A DNA stretch of 62,998 nucleotides, filler included, from Reclinomonas americana ATCC 50394 (Eukaryota), in the NCBI GenBank assembly GCA_048213135.1. It is 5 parts of 3 records of this genome, joined end to end, with 100 filler letters (N's around TTAATTAATTAA, not from the genome) between each part and the next. Parts side by side here need not be neighbours in the genome. Positions count along the whole stretch, not along the records: positions 28,009 to 49,660 come from PS015020.1; positions 49,761 to 55,610 come from PS015020.1; 3 more parts are not named here. The stretch is one strand, 5' to 3'. Both the position numbers and the translations under genes were made by a program. This document shows positions 39,557-52,700 of this stretch, in pieces (positions within the stretch are counted from its first letter, which is position 1; each line of letters begins with the position of its first letter). The notes beneath the pieces were generated by a model. The model worked only from the letters and a program-made list of their open reading frames with translations. It ran no database searches and was not told where the DNA came from.

Positions 39557-41645
39557 TGGGCATGCTTGGCGACGACGAAGACATCAGATATCAAGACACC
39601 GACGAGGATTCGGCGAGGCGACCGGTACTGCAGGGAGCGAGCAGCAGTTCACGGGCTCCCGTACGGCGTGGGCCCGGAGCGTCGTCAGCTGCAGGTGCAG
39701 GGCATGCTGCTCACGGCAAGCATGAGCGATTTGGCATGGAGTTGCGATGCGCAGCGTGCACTCTTCGTCCGTCGATGTTTCTCATCATGTGCATGACAGC
39801 TTGCTGGATCCGCGAACACGAGAAAAGCTCAGAAAGCAGCCGCGTAGACCCGCAGACTCGGAGGAGGCTTGAGTCGTTCGTGGCAATAGAAGTTCTCGTC
39901 TCTCGTATGTCAAAGTTTGTTCGGTGTGTTGTGTCGCCTCTTCATTATCACTTCCATGCCAAGCGTCGATGGTGCGGAGAATGCAGATGATGGTGCGTGT
40001 ACGTGTTGCACCAACGGCACGTCGCTCAGCACCACGTGCGCGTGGAGATTGCGTACGTGGTGGAGACAAGAATCTCCGTCGGAAAAATCTCGAATTCGTG
40101 GATACACGGCACGCGCGAGCGTTTGTTGTTCCAGCATCATCATATTCCTTCCATTGCTGTGGTGGAGCGGAGACTACCACCCCTCATCGCGCCAACCCCC
40201 TCCCATCCATGTGAGTTGTCAGTGCGAGATAACGTGATTGTGTTTGACTCATTTGAAGAAGATCACAGCCCTACTATTTGTCATCCACCATGGGATCGTG
40301 CTCATCGCGTCAGAAGGCACTACGCGAGGCCAATCGTCGCGGAAGCAGCGGAAGTGCAAGTGACGAATTGGACTCTGTGCTGCACGGGTGAGCGTGTGTG
40401 CGGAACGAAGCAAAGCACTAGTGCACTGCTTCATTTTGCCTCCTTGATTTCATCGTCACTGTCCGCAGACCGGATGGTGCCTGGGGCATTCTGACTGGCG
40501 GCACGACATGGCACGACGCTCGGCAGGACATGATCAAGCGCCTCAGCACCTTCCTGAGCGGCGATCAAGTGTCGCGCGTGCTGGCCAGCATCGGTTCGCT
40601 GTTGTCCAAGCAAATGCAACCGTCCACATACATCAACTCTGACATTCCTCCTTGCACTCGTGCAGATCAAGCGCACAGCACCATCATTTCGGCCGAGCGC
40701 ACCTCCATGTATCGGGAGATCTTTGACCAAGTCGACAAGGTTCGGCGATGGTAGTTGTGGAGAAGGAGAGACTGCAGTTTTGCTCACTCGCGGTCGCAGG
40801 ACGGCGACGAGGTGTTGAACCGGCAAGAGACGAAAGAGTTTCTCGACTCCACCCACGATCGTTGCGTCAGTTGTCTGTATTCAATGGCCTGCGCGTGCCT
40901 CATGATGTGAGTGCAGAATTCATCCAGGAGCTCGAGAAGCAGGGTGTGTCGGTCAAGCTGCCCACGCCAACGACGGCGCAGGCATGTTCTGCACCTCGCC
41001 TCGCTCAACTCGGTGTGTTCTCGTCTCACTCCTTTCATGCAGATTGGTCGCATGGTGTCGCACGCCGTACCCGGTGCCGAGGGCAATCCGCGCGCCTTTA
41101 TCACGTTCGACATGTTCCGCCTCATCGCTCGCCGCGTGGTCGAAACGTCGCTGTGGCTCGGCACCATCGCCGTCGAGGTCCGTGAACGTGCCAAGCGCGC
41201 CCATGAGCTCCCGCTCTCCGCCACCCTCGCTGTCGGCTGCACCATGCGCGCCCTCTCCGGTCAGCCCCTGCAAATGCCACCTGCCGCCGCTGGCACGACG
41301 ACGACGACCGCCACCGCTGCAAGTTGCTCGCCGCCTCCTCCGATGACCGCCAAGACCTCCAGCACGCCTCCGCGCGTGCCCCTGGCCTCGCGTCAGCACG
41401 TGGCCGGCCGCCGTCGACACAGTGGCGGCAGCGCCCTGCTGGCCTCGTGGGCCTCGAGCGGCGGACTGACAGCGGGCGAGCTGACGCGCTCCTCGCTGTC
41501 GTTCACCGAGCTGCATTCACGCGCGCGCAGCAGTGGTGCGGCCCTCCGTGGGCGCTGCGGTGGAGCGGCTCCGCTGCGTACCATGCACGCAGAGGACTTT
41601 GTGAATGGCGGTCGGCGCTGCCATCGGCCGACGCTGAGCACGTGA
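39557..41645 (+). CDS. Probable C-terminal continuation of the Amt-ankyrin gene (or separate gene) with an EF-hand-like motif
   Basis: YREIFDQVDK|DGDEVLNRQETKEFL and ITFDMF; middle exon phases not resolved. Confidence 0.45.
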
Positions 41646-42329
41646 TCATGAAGAGGTGATGGGCGGGAAGAAACTGCGACGAATGAAATTCCGCTCGATG
41701 TAATCAGACACTTTTTCTGAAGTGAGTGGAGTGGGCGTGTGCGTGTGCAGCAATGGGATAGCAGAGGAGAGGAAGAGGGGCGGTGTGCACATGTGATTGA
41801 GCGCAGAAATGTGATTTGTCTTTTCTGTGACACGTGTCTTTTGCGTGTGTGTGGGCTTGTTTGTGTGTGGGGTTTGTCGTGCGAGTGTGTCTGTGATAGT
41901 GATGGAGTGTTGAGCGAGTTGTGTCTGTGTGTGCGTGTATGTGGGTGANNNNNNNNNNNNNNNNNNNNNNNNNNNNNNNNNNNNNNNNNNNNNNNNNNNN
42001 NNNNNNNNNNNNNNNNNNNNNNNNNNNNNNNNNNNNNNNNNNNNNNNNNNNNNNNNNNNNNNNNNNNNNNNNNNNNNNNNNNNNNNNNNNNNNNNNNNNN
42101 NNNNNNNNNNNNNNNNNNNNNNNNNNNNNNNNNNNNNNNNNNNNNNNNNNNNNNNNNNNNNNNNNNNNNNNNNNNNNNNNNNNNNNNNNNNNNNNNNNNN
42201 NNNNNNNNNNNNNNNNNNNNNNNNNNNNNNNNNNNNNNNNNNNNNNNNNNNNNNNNNNNNNNNNNNNNNNNNNNNNNNNNNNNNNNNNNNNNNNNNNNNN
42301 NNNNNNNNNNNNNNNNNNNNNNNNNNNNN

Positions 42330-42467
42330 GGAGGAGGTCTCGCCAGAGTAGTCGTAGTCGTCATACCCCTGAATGAGCGTGAGAGAGAGGCAGAGAGTGA
42401 GATGCACAGGGGATCATTGCTCAGCACTGGCGCGTGTGTATGTGCACCTCTCACTCTCTCTCTCTAT

Positions 42468-42506
<39 letters not shown>

Positions 42507-42591
42507 TGAAGAGAATGATGTGTCTCTGCACGTATGCCATACTCACCGGTGACGAGGCATCGTACTCGCCATCGCTCGAGTAGTCACTCAT
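42330..42591 (-). CDS. 5' end of a hypothetical gene running into a gap
   Basis: MSDYSSDGEYDASSP|GYDDYDYSGETSS with a GTGAGT donor. Confidence 0.45.
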
Positions 42592-43179
42592 GGTGAGGCG
42601 AGTCTTCCGCTCCCACGTGACACACACACACTCACGCTCACACAAAACCAGACAAGGCGCGCGAGCGGACACTGCGAGAAGAACGCGACGTTGTTCTCAC
42701 ACACTTCCACCTTGTTCATTCACACTTTCTTTCTTTCTTTCTCACACGTTGTTGTTGCTTTCCGTGTTCAGAACACCCAGCCATCCGCAACATCAATGAC
42801 ATCCTCCTGTGTGTATGAGAGAGAAACAATTGTTGAGTAAATGTGACGTCTATCTCCTCTCTGAGATAAACCACAGAGCGCGCAACACAAAGGACGCACA
42901 TGCGCACAAGGCACACGAAACGCGATCCAAACACGTACATGCACATTCTCACAAGGAACCACGACAAAAGATGAAAACTGTAAGACTCACTCACTCACTC
43001 ACACACACACACACACACACGCACACACACACAGACAGCCTTGCCTGCGCATGCCCCTCACTCACCCATACACAAGCCTCGCGCTCTCTGTCTCCCTCTC
43101 ATTCACACTCCTCTCTCGCATCGCCCTTCCACACTGTGCTTTCACCCCCCACCCACCCACCCACCCACACACGCAACAG

Positions 43180-46100
43180 AGGCCATCACATTGTCGACAT
43201 TCACCGAGCGCTCTGGCTCCTGCATCATGGGGAACTCCTGCGCATCACAATCATCAGTGCCTCTCTCTCTCATCCTCGCTTTCCTTTGTGCCTTGCACAC
43301 CTTTGGCGCAAAGGCCTGCTCCTCCTCGTTGGGCTCGTGGCAATCGCTCATGCCTCACTCAAGACAGAGTGCGTCGCTGCGGTGCTCGCCTTCTCCGTCC
43401 GCTTTTGTCACCACACATATCCATGATATCTGCGCGCTGTCGTCTTGCGGGTGGCGGCTGTGTGTGTTCCCGTCCTCCACCACCTGCACCACCATCGTCT
43501 TCTCCTCATTCACCAACAACACCACCGCCATCGCCTACACGACGCTCAACTCCTTCTCTCGTGGGCGCCGATTCCGTCCCTCAGACTCCACGAGTTGCGT
43601 GGCACACACATGCACACCTCTTCCACAGACTCTCTCACCTTGTGTGTGTGTGTATGTTCGCAGACACCTTCTACTCCCGATGTGCAAGACCGCTCGCTCC
43701 GCAGTCCCTTCCGCGACGCCTTTCGTCGCAGCCGCGGTTCCAACATCCAGCTCGATGAGCCGGTGTGTGTGTGCTGAGAGAGCGAGAGGCTGTCTTTGTG
43801 TGTTCATCTCTCGAGGCGTGCAGGTTCCTGTGGCTCCACTGTCTGCGCGCGTGAAAAAGACGCGCGATGTGCTGCATCGGCAGTGGCGCGATCGCGTGGC
43901 TTCGCGCACTGCGTTGCCGCTGGTCTGTGTGCCTCGGCCGCTGTCACCCATGCTGTCTCTCGTTCTCACTCATTGCGCGTGTGGGTGTGTGTGTGTGTTG
44001 CAGTCCGGTTATCCGGCAAGCTCGTCGCTGAAAGACTTTACGCCGACATCGGTGGTCGGCCACCTGCGAGAGTTTGTGTCGAACAGACTGCACTCGGTGC
44101 GTCCCTTGCTTCTTCTTCTTCCTTGTCGCCCAACCGCCCAACCAGTGTTGTCGCTGCAGGTGTTGGTCATTCTCGGCGCCCCGGGCAGCGGCAAGCGCCA
44201 GGTCATGGATCGTCTCGAGGAGCTGCTGTGGGCGTTGCCTAGCACGATTCCGCTGCGCGTGCACTTGCCGTCGGTGCCGCTCGAGTATCGTGGCGTGCCC
44301 GGTTCCTTTGTGCCGTATCTGCTGCTCACGGCCGGCTTTGTCGAGGAAGATGTGCGCTCTTGTGCTGCGTGCCTCCCGCAACTCGACACCTTCTCACCCG
44401 CCTTGCATGCAGTTTGACGAACTTCGCAACGGCGAGATGTGCCACCTGGCGATCCTCGCGGACAGCTACGACGACTGCATCGGCAATCCCATCAATCTGT
44501 ACCGCGTGCATGACTTGGAGGTGCGTCTCGTTGCCTCCGCCGCTTCCCCAACTGTGCACTCACCCCCGTCGCACCAGTCGTGGGGCGCGTCATTGGCCGT
44601 CGCCTGCACCACGGACTTTGTCGCTCGCCGACTCGAGCCCGCCGTGCTGGACTGGAAGAGCTACTTTACGCCGGCGCAGGCCGTCCCCGACGTGGACCAG
44701 TGGCCTATGCAGCTGGTGCTCCACGACATTGACCAGAGGTCACTCGAGGAGTACTATCGACGGTGGGTCCTTGAATGCCCATCATGGCCACCGACATCTT
44801 GATCACTAACCGCGCGCGCGCACAATTCGTGTACAGCCTGCTGCGGCACGTTCAACGGGCGGCGCCGTCAGAAGAAAAATGGTGCTCACTCAAAATGCTG
44901 GAGAGCATACCCGGTCTGCGTGCGTTTGCCACACGGGTGCGTGATTAATCCATCGCCAGCGCAGCAACTCAGTGGTTTTCTCNNNNNNNNNNNNNNNNNN
45001 NNNNNNNNNNNNNNNNNNNNNNNNNNNNNNNNNNNNNNNNNNNNNNNNNNNNNNNNNNNNNNNNNNNNNNNNNNNNNNNNNNNNNNNNNNNNNNNNNNNN
45101 NNNNNNNNNNNNNNNNAATTCGCGCGCACGCAGCCCATGTATCTACACATGATCTACACTGTGATGCGACGGTTGGACGAGGAATGTCAACGAGGCTTCT
45201 TGTTTGGGCCAGTGGTGACGTTCACGGTGCTGCTGGATCGCTACTTTGATGCTGTGGTCGGTCGCGAGATTGAAAGCATCATCAATGCTGCGGGTCCCGA
45301 CAGCCAAGTGGTTCGTTTGTGTGTGTGTGTGTGTGTGCGTGTGTGTTTTGAGTCACATTCCCCTCTGTAGTACTCACCATCGCACGTCAGCTGGAAGCAC
45401 TGCCGCAGGATCGTATCGCTCGCGTCTACGCCGTGCATGACTTTTGCAGTGCACTTGCCGTCGACATGTATGCCGCTCGTGTCAGCGCCATTCACGCGTC
45501 GGTGCGAATGTTGTTTTCCTGTTCTCCTTTCAAAGTTATCACCCTGAAATGATCTGCGCTCCCGTTCTTCAGTCACCTGCGCACTGTCGAGAGCTGGACG
45601 ATGTGGCAGCGTCACTGGCCGCCGAGGTTTGTTTGTGCGATTGTCTTTTAATGCCTTGCCGTTCTTCACGCTCACAGTTGTTGTGTGTGTGTGTGTGTGT
45701 GAACAGCTGCCTGCGCAGGGTGGTGCTCTGGAACTGGAGCAGCAGATTGTCACCTACAAGCAGGCCATTGAGATTGGTCGGCGTATGATGCAACTGCACT
45801 CCTTCCACTTGTCAACGTCGCTGAGCGAGGTGTTTGTGCGGATTTTGCGGAAAGCGGTGCGTTCACACCACACGATGCGCTCCTGTCCTCCTCCGTGTCT
45901 CACACTCGGAAAACACAGGGCATTCTCGCACCGCGGCACGAGCAGTCGACCACCCCGCTGTACTTTTCGCACTCGGAATTCCGCGACTATTTCATCGCAC
46001 ATCGGTGCCGCACCGTTGCCCGACAGTGGGCACGGGCAGTGACTGGTGGACAGGTAACCCTCTCCCATCTTCCCCCTCTTTCTTCCCCNNNNNNNNNNNN

Positions 46101-47665
46101 NNNNNNNNNNNNNNNNNNNNNNNNNNNNNNNNNNNNNNNNNNNNNNNNNNNNNNNNNNNNNNNNNNNNNNNNNNNNNNNNNNNNNNNNNNNNNNNNNNNN
46201 NNNNNNNNNNNNNNNNNNNNNNNNNNNNNNNNNNNNNNNNNNNNNNNNNNNNNNNNNNNNNNNNNNNNNNNNNNNNNNNNNNNNNNNNNNNNNNNNNNNN
46301 NNNNNNNNNNNNNNNNNNNNNNNNNNNNNNNNNNNNNNNNNNNNNNNNNNNNNNNNNNNNNNNNNNNNNNNNNNNNNNNNNNNNNNNNNNNNNNNNNNNN
46401 NNNNNNNNNNNNNNNNNNNNNNNNNNNNNNNNNNNNNNNNNNNNNNNNNNNNNNNNNNNNNNNNNNNNTACGCACGTTGCGTGTGGGATCTCACGTGCCC
46501 GTTCGACCGCCGTGGTGTTGGGTGCCGTGCAACGAGACCAGCGAGACGCACATGCTGCTGGTGTGTCATCCGGACAACGGGGACTGCTCGCTGATTTCCG
46601 TGTCGGCGCATCGGGTCGACACGACGTGTCGGCAGGTGCAGCTGCTGCGCGCCTGTCCAGTGCGAGAGGTGCGCGGTCGTGTGACCAAGTCTGTGCCGAT
46701 CGGGGTGGCAGTGTCGCCGCTCGGTACGCTTGCGCTGGTGGCGGAGAAGAACAGCAACATTATCCGTGTGCATGCGATTGAGCCGCCGTACGATGTGGAG
46801 GACGCCGTCGACTACATCCGCATCGATGACGATCAGCAGGTGGCACAAATGACGTTTGATGCCCGCGGGAACTTTCTGTTGGTGGTCACCGTGCCGCCAA
46901 CGAATAGGCGGCAGATGCGCGGCACCATTGCCGTGTATCGGTCGACCACACGCGAGGTCGGTTGTCTCACACGCCATGTCGCTTGTGTTCTTGTGTGGCC
47001 TCCTCATCGTCCCCCTCACCCCGCTTGTCGTACTAGATGGTGTGGGAGGGCAAGGGCGAGGTGGCCGCCTGGCGCTCACCACGACGCAAGAGCAACGACG
47101 AGCCATTGCTGTTGGCCGTGGTCGTCCGCTCCGAGGCGTCACCGCAGCACCTGATGGTGGCTCTGCGCGACGCCATCAGTGGCGCGGTGCTGGGCGAGGA
47201 GCTCGAATTCGGCGCCTGCCCAGCCGATCGGCAGCTACTCTCCGTCGCATTCTCCCCCAACTCACGCCTGCTGGCTGTGGGCGCCGCCAATCCGGGTCTG
47301 CTGCGCGTGTGGCGCGTCGGTCACGTGCTGGGTCGCGCGGCCGACGGGCCGCGTGGCCAGCTGCTGCTGAATGTCAAGCATGTGCGTGTCATTGGGTTTG
47401 GGTGGACACACGACAGCACGGCCCTGGTGGTGTTGTCGGCGCCGCTGTCGGCCGGTTTTCCGCCTCGTGTGGAGCAATATCGCGTGCTGGTGTTTCGTGT
47501 CACGGCGGTGAGTGACTCAACGTTCATCCTGTTGGCGGAACGGCTTGTGTGGTGACATGAATGGTTCTTGCTGTGCAGGCTGTCATACCGCTACTGGCGG
47601 AGGAGAGGTCTCTGTCGTCGACGGATGCCGGATCGGGGCCGGAGAGACCAAAGTCAAGTGCATGA
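43180..47665 (+). CDS. STAND/NACHT-like P-loop NTPase with a C-terminal WD40-like propeller (gapped)
   Basis: Walker A VILGAPGSGK, Walker B AILADSYDD, winged-helix-like YFSHSEFRDYF, SVAFSPNSRLLAVG, FGWTHDSTALV. Confidence 0.7.
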
Positions 47666-47919
47666 AAACCAACAATACTGAACGCAATCGATTGGTTTCT
47701 GCTCAACACAGACGTCGTCTCCATGCCAGATTGCTGCACTCTGTCAACTAGAAGCATGGTTGCCCGGGTTAATAGCCGGAAGTTGTCAGGAATGCATTGA
47801 TCGAGCTCGGCCTCGGACTCGGGACACATAAATCATTGACTTGAAGACTTGGGACGTGCGCAGAGATCACCCCCCTCTCTCGCCTCTCCCCCCTCTGTGC
47901 TTCACGCTCACACACCACC

Positions 47920-49646
47920 ATGGAGTTGGTGCAGTCGCTGCGGTGAGCAAAGCAGTCAGTCAGTCTCCCTTCGCCTCACTCTGCCTCACTCTGCCTCACA
48001 CACTCTTCAGTGATCCCTCTCTCAGCACCAACGAGGTCGAGGACCTCTTGTTGCGGTTTCGTCGGTGGGCGCTCTGTTGGAACGGCTCCGCCAGCAGTGT
48101 ACACGGCAGTGCCAGTGCAAGCACTCGAAGTGCGGGTGTGGCCGAAGAGTTCTTTGCTGCACTTGCTCAGGCCAGCGCGCGTGTGTGGGAGTCCGATGAT
48201 TGGGTTGCGTGCTGCACACACTTACACACACACACGCACACTTGCACACACACTCTCTCTGATCTTCACACACGCACGTGTCTTGTTTTCGATGTAACGC
48301 TCGCTGATCATATGTCTCACTCTCTCACCAACACACAGTCGTGCCGCTTGTGCGAGATCCTGTACCGCATTCTATCGCGCGGTGGCATCCCGTTCCAGTC
48401 TGCCTGCGCCAAAACACCCGAACTGGNNNNNNNNNNNNNNNNNNNNNNNNNNNNNNNNNNNNNNNNNNNNNNNNNNNNNNNNNNNNNNNNNNNNNNNNNN
48501 NNNNNNNNNNNNNNNNNNNNNNNNNNNNNNNNNNNNNNNNNNNNNNNNNNNNNNNNNNNNNNNNNNNNNNNNNNNNNNNNNNNNNNNNNNNNNNNNNNNN
48601 NNNNNNNNNNNNNNNNNNNNNNNNNNNNNNNNNNNNNNNNNNNNNNNNNNNNNNNNNNNNNNNNNNNNNNNNNNNNNNNNNNNNNNNNNNNNNNNNNNNN
48701 NNNNNNNNNNNNNNNNNNNNNNNNNNNNNNNNNNNNNNNNNNNNNNNNNNNNNNNNNNNNNNNNNNNNNNNNNNNNNNNNNNNNNNNNNNNNNNNNNNNN
48801 NNNNNNNNNNNNNNNNNNNNNNNNNNNNNNNNNNNTCGCCGTGTTGCTCGCCGCCGTCGCTCCTCCCGTCATGTCGCCAGGCGCAGCAGCAGTGATCGCC
48901 AACGAACGCCGCGTGCAAGCGGCCAAGATCCTCCTCTTGTTGGCCCCGCAGTCGCCTGCTGTGCGCCGCACTGTCGGCTCGAGGGATTTGGTGTGCGACA
49001 CACTGCTGCTGGCGGTGGGTTCGCCCGAGGCCATTCAGTTGGTGCGCTCGGTGGCGGTGTCGAACTATGCCACGCGCGTGTTTCAGGATGTGTCGTTTGC
49101 GCGGGCGGTGGCCACTGTGCTGGAGACCGCCGATGGCGACGAGGTGTTGTGCGAGGCGCTGGATTTGGTGTGGTGGATTTCGTTGCGAGACGAGTATCGG
49201 CATAGTGTGTCGCGAGAGGGCATTCCGCGACAGGTGACGACGCACTTGCGGTCGCCGAACGCGCGCATTGTGCGCAAGGCCATGCGCGCTCTCCGTTCTC
49301 TTTCGATCAGCGAAGACGGCCTGGCCGATGTGGTGGCCGTGGAGGGCGTGGCGGCGGTGTTGGTCACCGAAATGACCACACTGCACGAGGTGTTCTCGCA
49401 TGTGCGCGGCAAGGCCGGCGACTCGATCGGCGTCTCCAACGACGAGTTCCTGGACAGCGCCGAGCAGCCGCTGGTCGGTCTGGTGGCCAATCTGGCCCTG
49501 TCGGACCAGTTTCGTCGCTCGTTTGCGCAGAACGGTGGTGTGACGGCGACGGTCGATGTGTGCAAGCTGGTGTGCGACTCGGTGCCGTGCGACGGCAACT
49601 TTGTCAGTGATGCGGCGCTGGCGTTGCGCAACCTGGCGAGCGATGG
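47920..49646 (+). CDS. Armadillo-repeat protein (gapped, 3' truncated)
   Basis: GIPRQVTTHL..AMRALRSLS, GLVANLA..GGVTATV..AALALRNLA. Confidence 0.75.
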
Positions 49647-49760
49647 TACGTGTGTGTGTGNNNNNNNNNNNNNNNNNNNNNNNNNNNNNNNNNNNNNNNN
49701 NNNNTTAATTAATTAANNNNNNNNNNNNNNNNNNNNNNNNNNNNNNNNNNNNNNNNNNNN

Positions 49761-52700
49761 ACAGGACTTCTCTCTCGTACCGAGGGAGCAACTGACTCTC
49801 GCAAGCGAGACGCCAGCTGCGCCAGCGCCTTGGCCTGAATCGACACCTGCATGTGCACCAAGCGGTGATACAAGTCGGTGTCGGGGTCCTCCGAGGCCAG
49901 CATACGCGCGTCGGGATAGCGCTCTGGGAACGCCATGCAGAGGCGCCAAAAGAGGAGTGTGTGTTCCTGCAACGCACCACGTGTCAACTTGCTGCTGTAC
50001 TCGTGACGCGCGGCAACAACGCGATGCAGCCACTCACCCGCCGAGACAAATTGTTGAAGGCGCCGATACCCTCGCGCAGGCGCACCAGCACTGCCTGATC
50101 GAGAACCGTTGTCAGCATGTAGTCCTTGGACACTGCGTGACAATCGTAAGTTGCGTGCATCTTCACACAGACAATGACACAGTGGCACTCAACAGTCACT
50201 CAAGCCCGGCATCTTCGACAGTCGTGCCACCGCATCAATCAGGGCTCCTGTGGTCATGGCCGCCGACGATCGCAACGTGTACTCGGACGAGCGCAGATCA
50301 TGCATCAACATGGCCGTCAAGAGCGACAGCGATGCCACCAGGTCGCCAACAAAGCGAGGATCCTCCAGCATGCTGTGCAATGGCAAAATACACACAGATA
50401 AATAAGACAAGCGCATGGAACATGCACGCAAAGACGCCCACTTGCCTGGAGGTGATGCCGAGGGGCTCGTTCTCCTCTGCTCTGTCTCTCTCATCGTCCT
50501 CCTCCACCTCCATGGCCTCGGCAGCCTTGTTCTTCTTGCTTCGACGTGCCTTCTTGTCGGTCAACACCGTGCGCCGTGGCTGCGCCGCAATAGGCGGTGG
50601 CGGCGCTGCAGCCGTGGTTGTGCTGGTCGCGGCTCCAGCGCTGTGCACACAAACACATGAATGAGGCTCAACTGCCTGTCACATGCGGAACGCGAGAGCT
50701 ACAGCCGCACGCAACAGTGCCGACAGAAGCTTCTGGAGATACTGGTACAAGTTGCCGCGCTGTTGAAAGTCCTCACTGCCCACCACTCGACTGTCGACCG
50801 CGTTCAACGAGCACATGAGTGCACTGGCGTACGGCAAGCGCAGCCATTGTCGACTCGGATCCGACTTGTTGTCGAGTGTGGCTGCGGCGGAAGGTGTGCC
50901 ACCGCACAGGCGACACATGACTTCACAGAGTCGCAGCCGCGTATCCAGACCCAATTCCAGGTCCGTCACCAGGCGCGTGAGGAAGCGGAAGTGCCTCCAC
51001 AACAGAGCCGATGTCTTCGAGAGACCGGCTACACCGCCCAGTTCTGGGTGAGGCGCCTCAATGTGTGGAATGTAGTGCATCAGCGACTCGACAGTCTGCA
51101 GGATCTCGGAGATGCCAGCTGCGTGTGTGCATGAAAACAGGCAGACAAAGTAAGCATAACCAACCGATCAGCACTGCTGCATACAAGACAAAGGCATCGA
51201 GACATCACCATCTTGAAGGTAGCGATGGCGCGCGGTAAAGGGAAGCAACACTTGCACAAGCTGCGTCGCTGCCTCGCGGTCTTGAATGTAGGGGCCCAGT
51301 TGGCGACACACAGTGAGAAGTCGGCGATCCAGCTTGCTCAATTTTCGCCTGCGTGTGTGCCCACGCACGAACGAGTAAGCAACCCAACACACACCATCAG
51401 CACTGCTTCCCAATCAGCGACGCACCCGTGCAAGAGTCGACGCTCGATCTTTGCCGACGATAGATACTCGTAGATGTAGGCGAACAAGGCGCCACGAAGC
51501 TCGGCCGACTGCAGGAAGAACACGTCGACACTGCGTCCGTCGGTGCCCTCAGNNNNNNNNNNNNNNNNNNNNACTCGCGATTGTCAAACAGAGCCTCCAC
51601 TAGTGTGACCGCAGCGTCGCGCACATCCGCCGACGCACTCCACGCCGGCAAGCACGCCACACATCCCAAATACACAGAGGCGTGCTCGAGCAAGGCGACC
51701 AAAAACATCGAGTTCTGCACCGACATGGGAGTGAGACGGAGAGCGAGAGGAAAATGCGGGGATGTTGCATATGAACGCACCTTGGACATGAGCATGACGC
51801 ACTCAAGCGCGGCGGACATCTGTGCCGCTCCATCTGAAAACATGCGCTTCGCCGGGAGCTCCAGACGCGTGAGGACACGCTGGAAGAGTGCACGACCGCG
51901 AGTGTCGTATGCGTGCCACTGCTCTTCAGTTGCCGCACCGTCGTCCATGCAACCTCCGATTTGTGCAAACGAATGCAGCTTGGACAGCAGCACGCGCACA
52001 AGTCGCCAGCAAAGCGTCGACACCTTGAATCGACTGTCACGCTTGGCTGCAAAAAAAATACAGGGAGTCAGGTACAAACGTGCAAAAACTGGCGGCATCA
52101 GTGGCGGGACGAATGCGACGCAACTCGGCCGCATGCTCATCGACTCGAGCACCGCCAGCACCATCTCGAAAATGAACGGCGCGTACGGCCGGATAAGCAC
52201 ACCGAGTTGCACGCAAGCGTCGGTGATGGCGGTCAACGAGAACACAAGCACATTGGTGCGGACGCTGACAGCCTGGCGCGCAATGGCCTGCCGCAGCCAC
52301 TCCTGGTCGAGTTCCTCGACCTTGTCCGGATGCACCAGTCGCGAGTGCTCACGCAGCGGATAGAATGGGCACAAGAGGCGAGCGAGGACAGGCTGGATCT
52401 GCAGCGCCGACAGCCGCCGCAAGTATGAGAACACGACATTGCGACGACTCGAAGCTGCCGTCTGTGTATTGGCGATGCGGGAGTGAGAAGTGAGGAGGGG
52501 GAGGAGAAGGGAAGGCAGGAGCAGACACACCTTGGCAGAGAAAGTGTGTGCACGTTTCAGCACTTGCTTCGTCAGCAGTTTGCCGTACAGCACCATGATG
52601 ACGAACGAGGAGAAGTGCTCGCGATGTGCAGGCGAAATCGCCTCCTCGTCCTCCAGGTCGAGCGTCACCAACGTGTTTCGGAAATTCCTCTCGTTCACCA

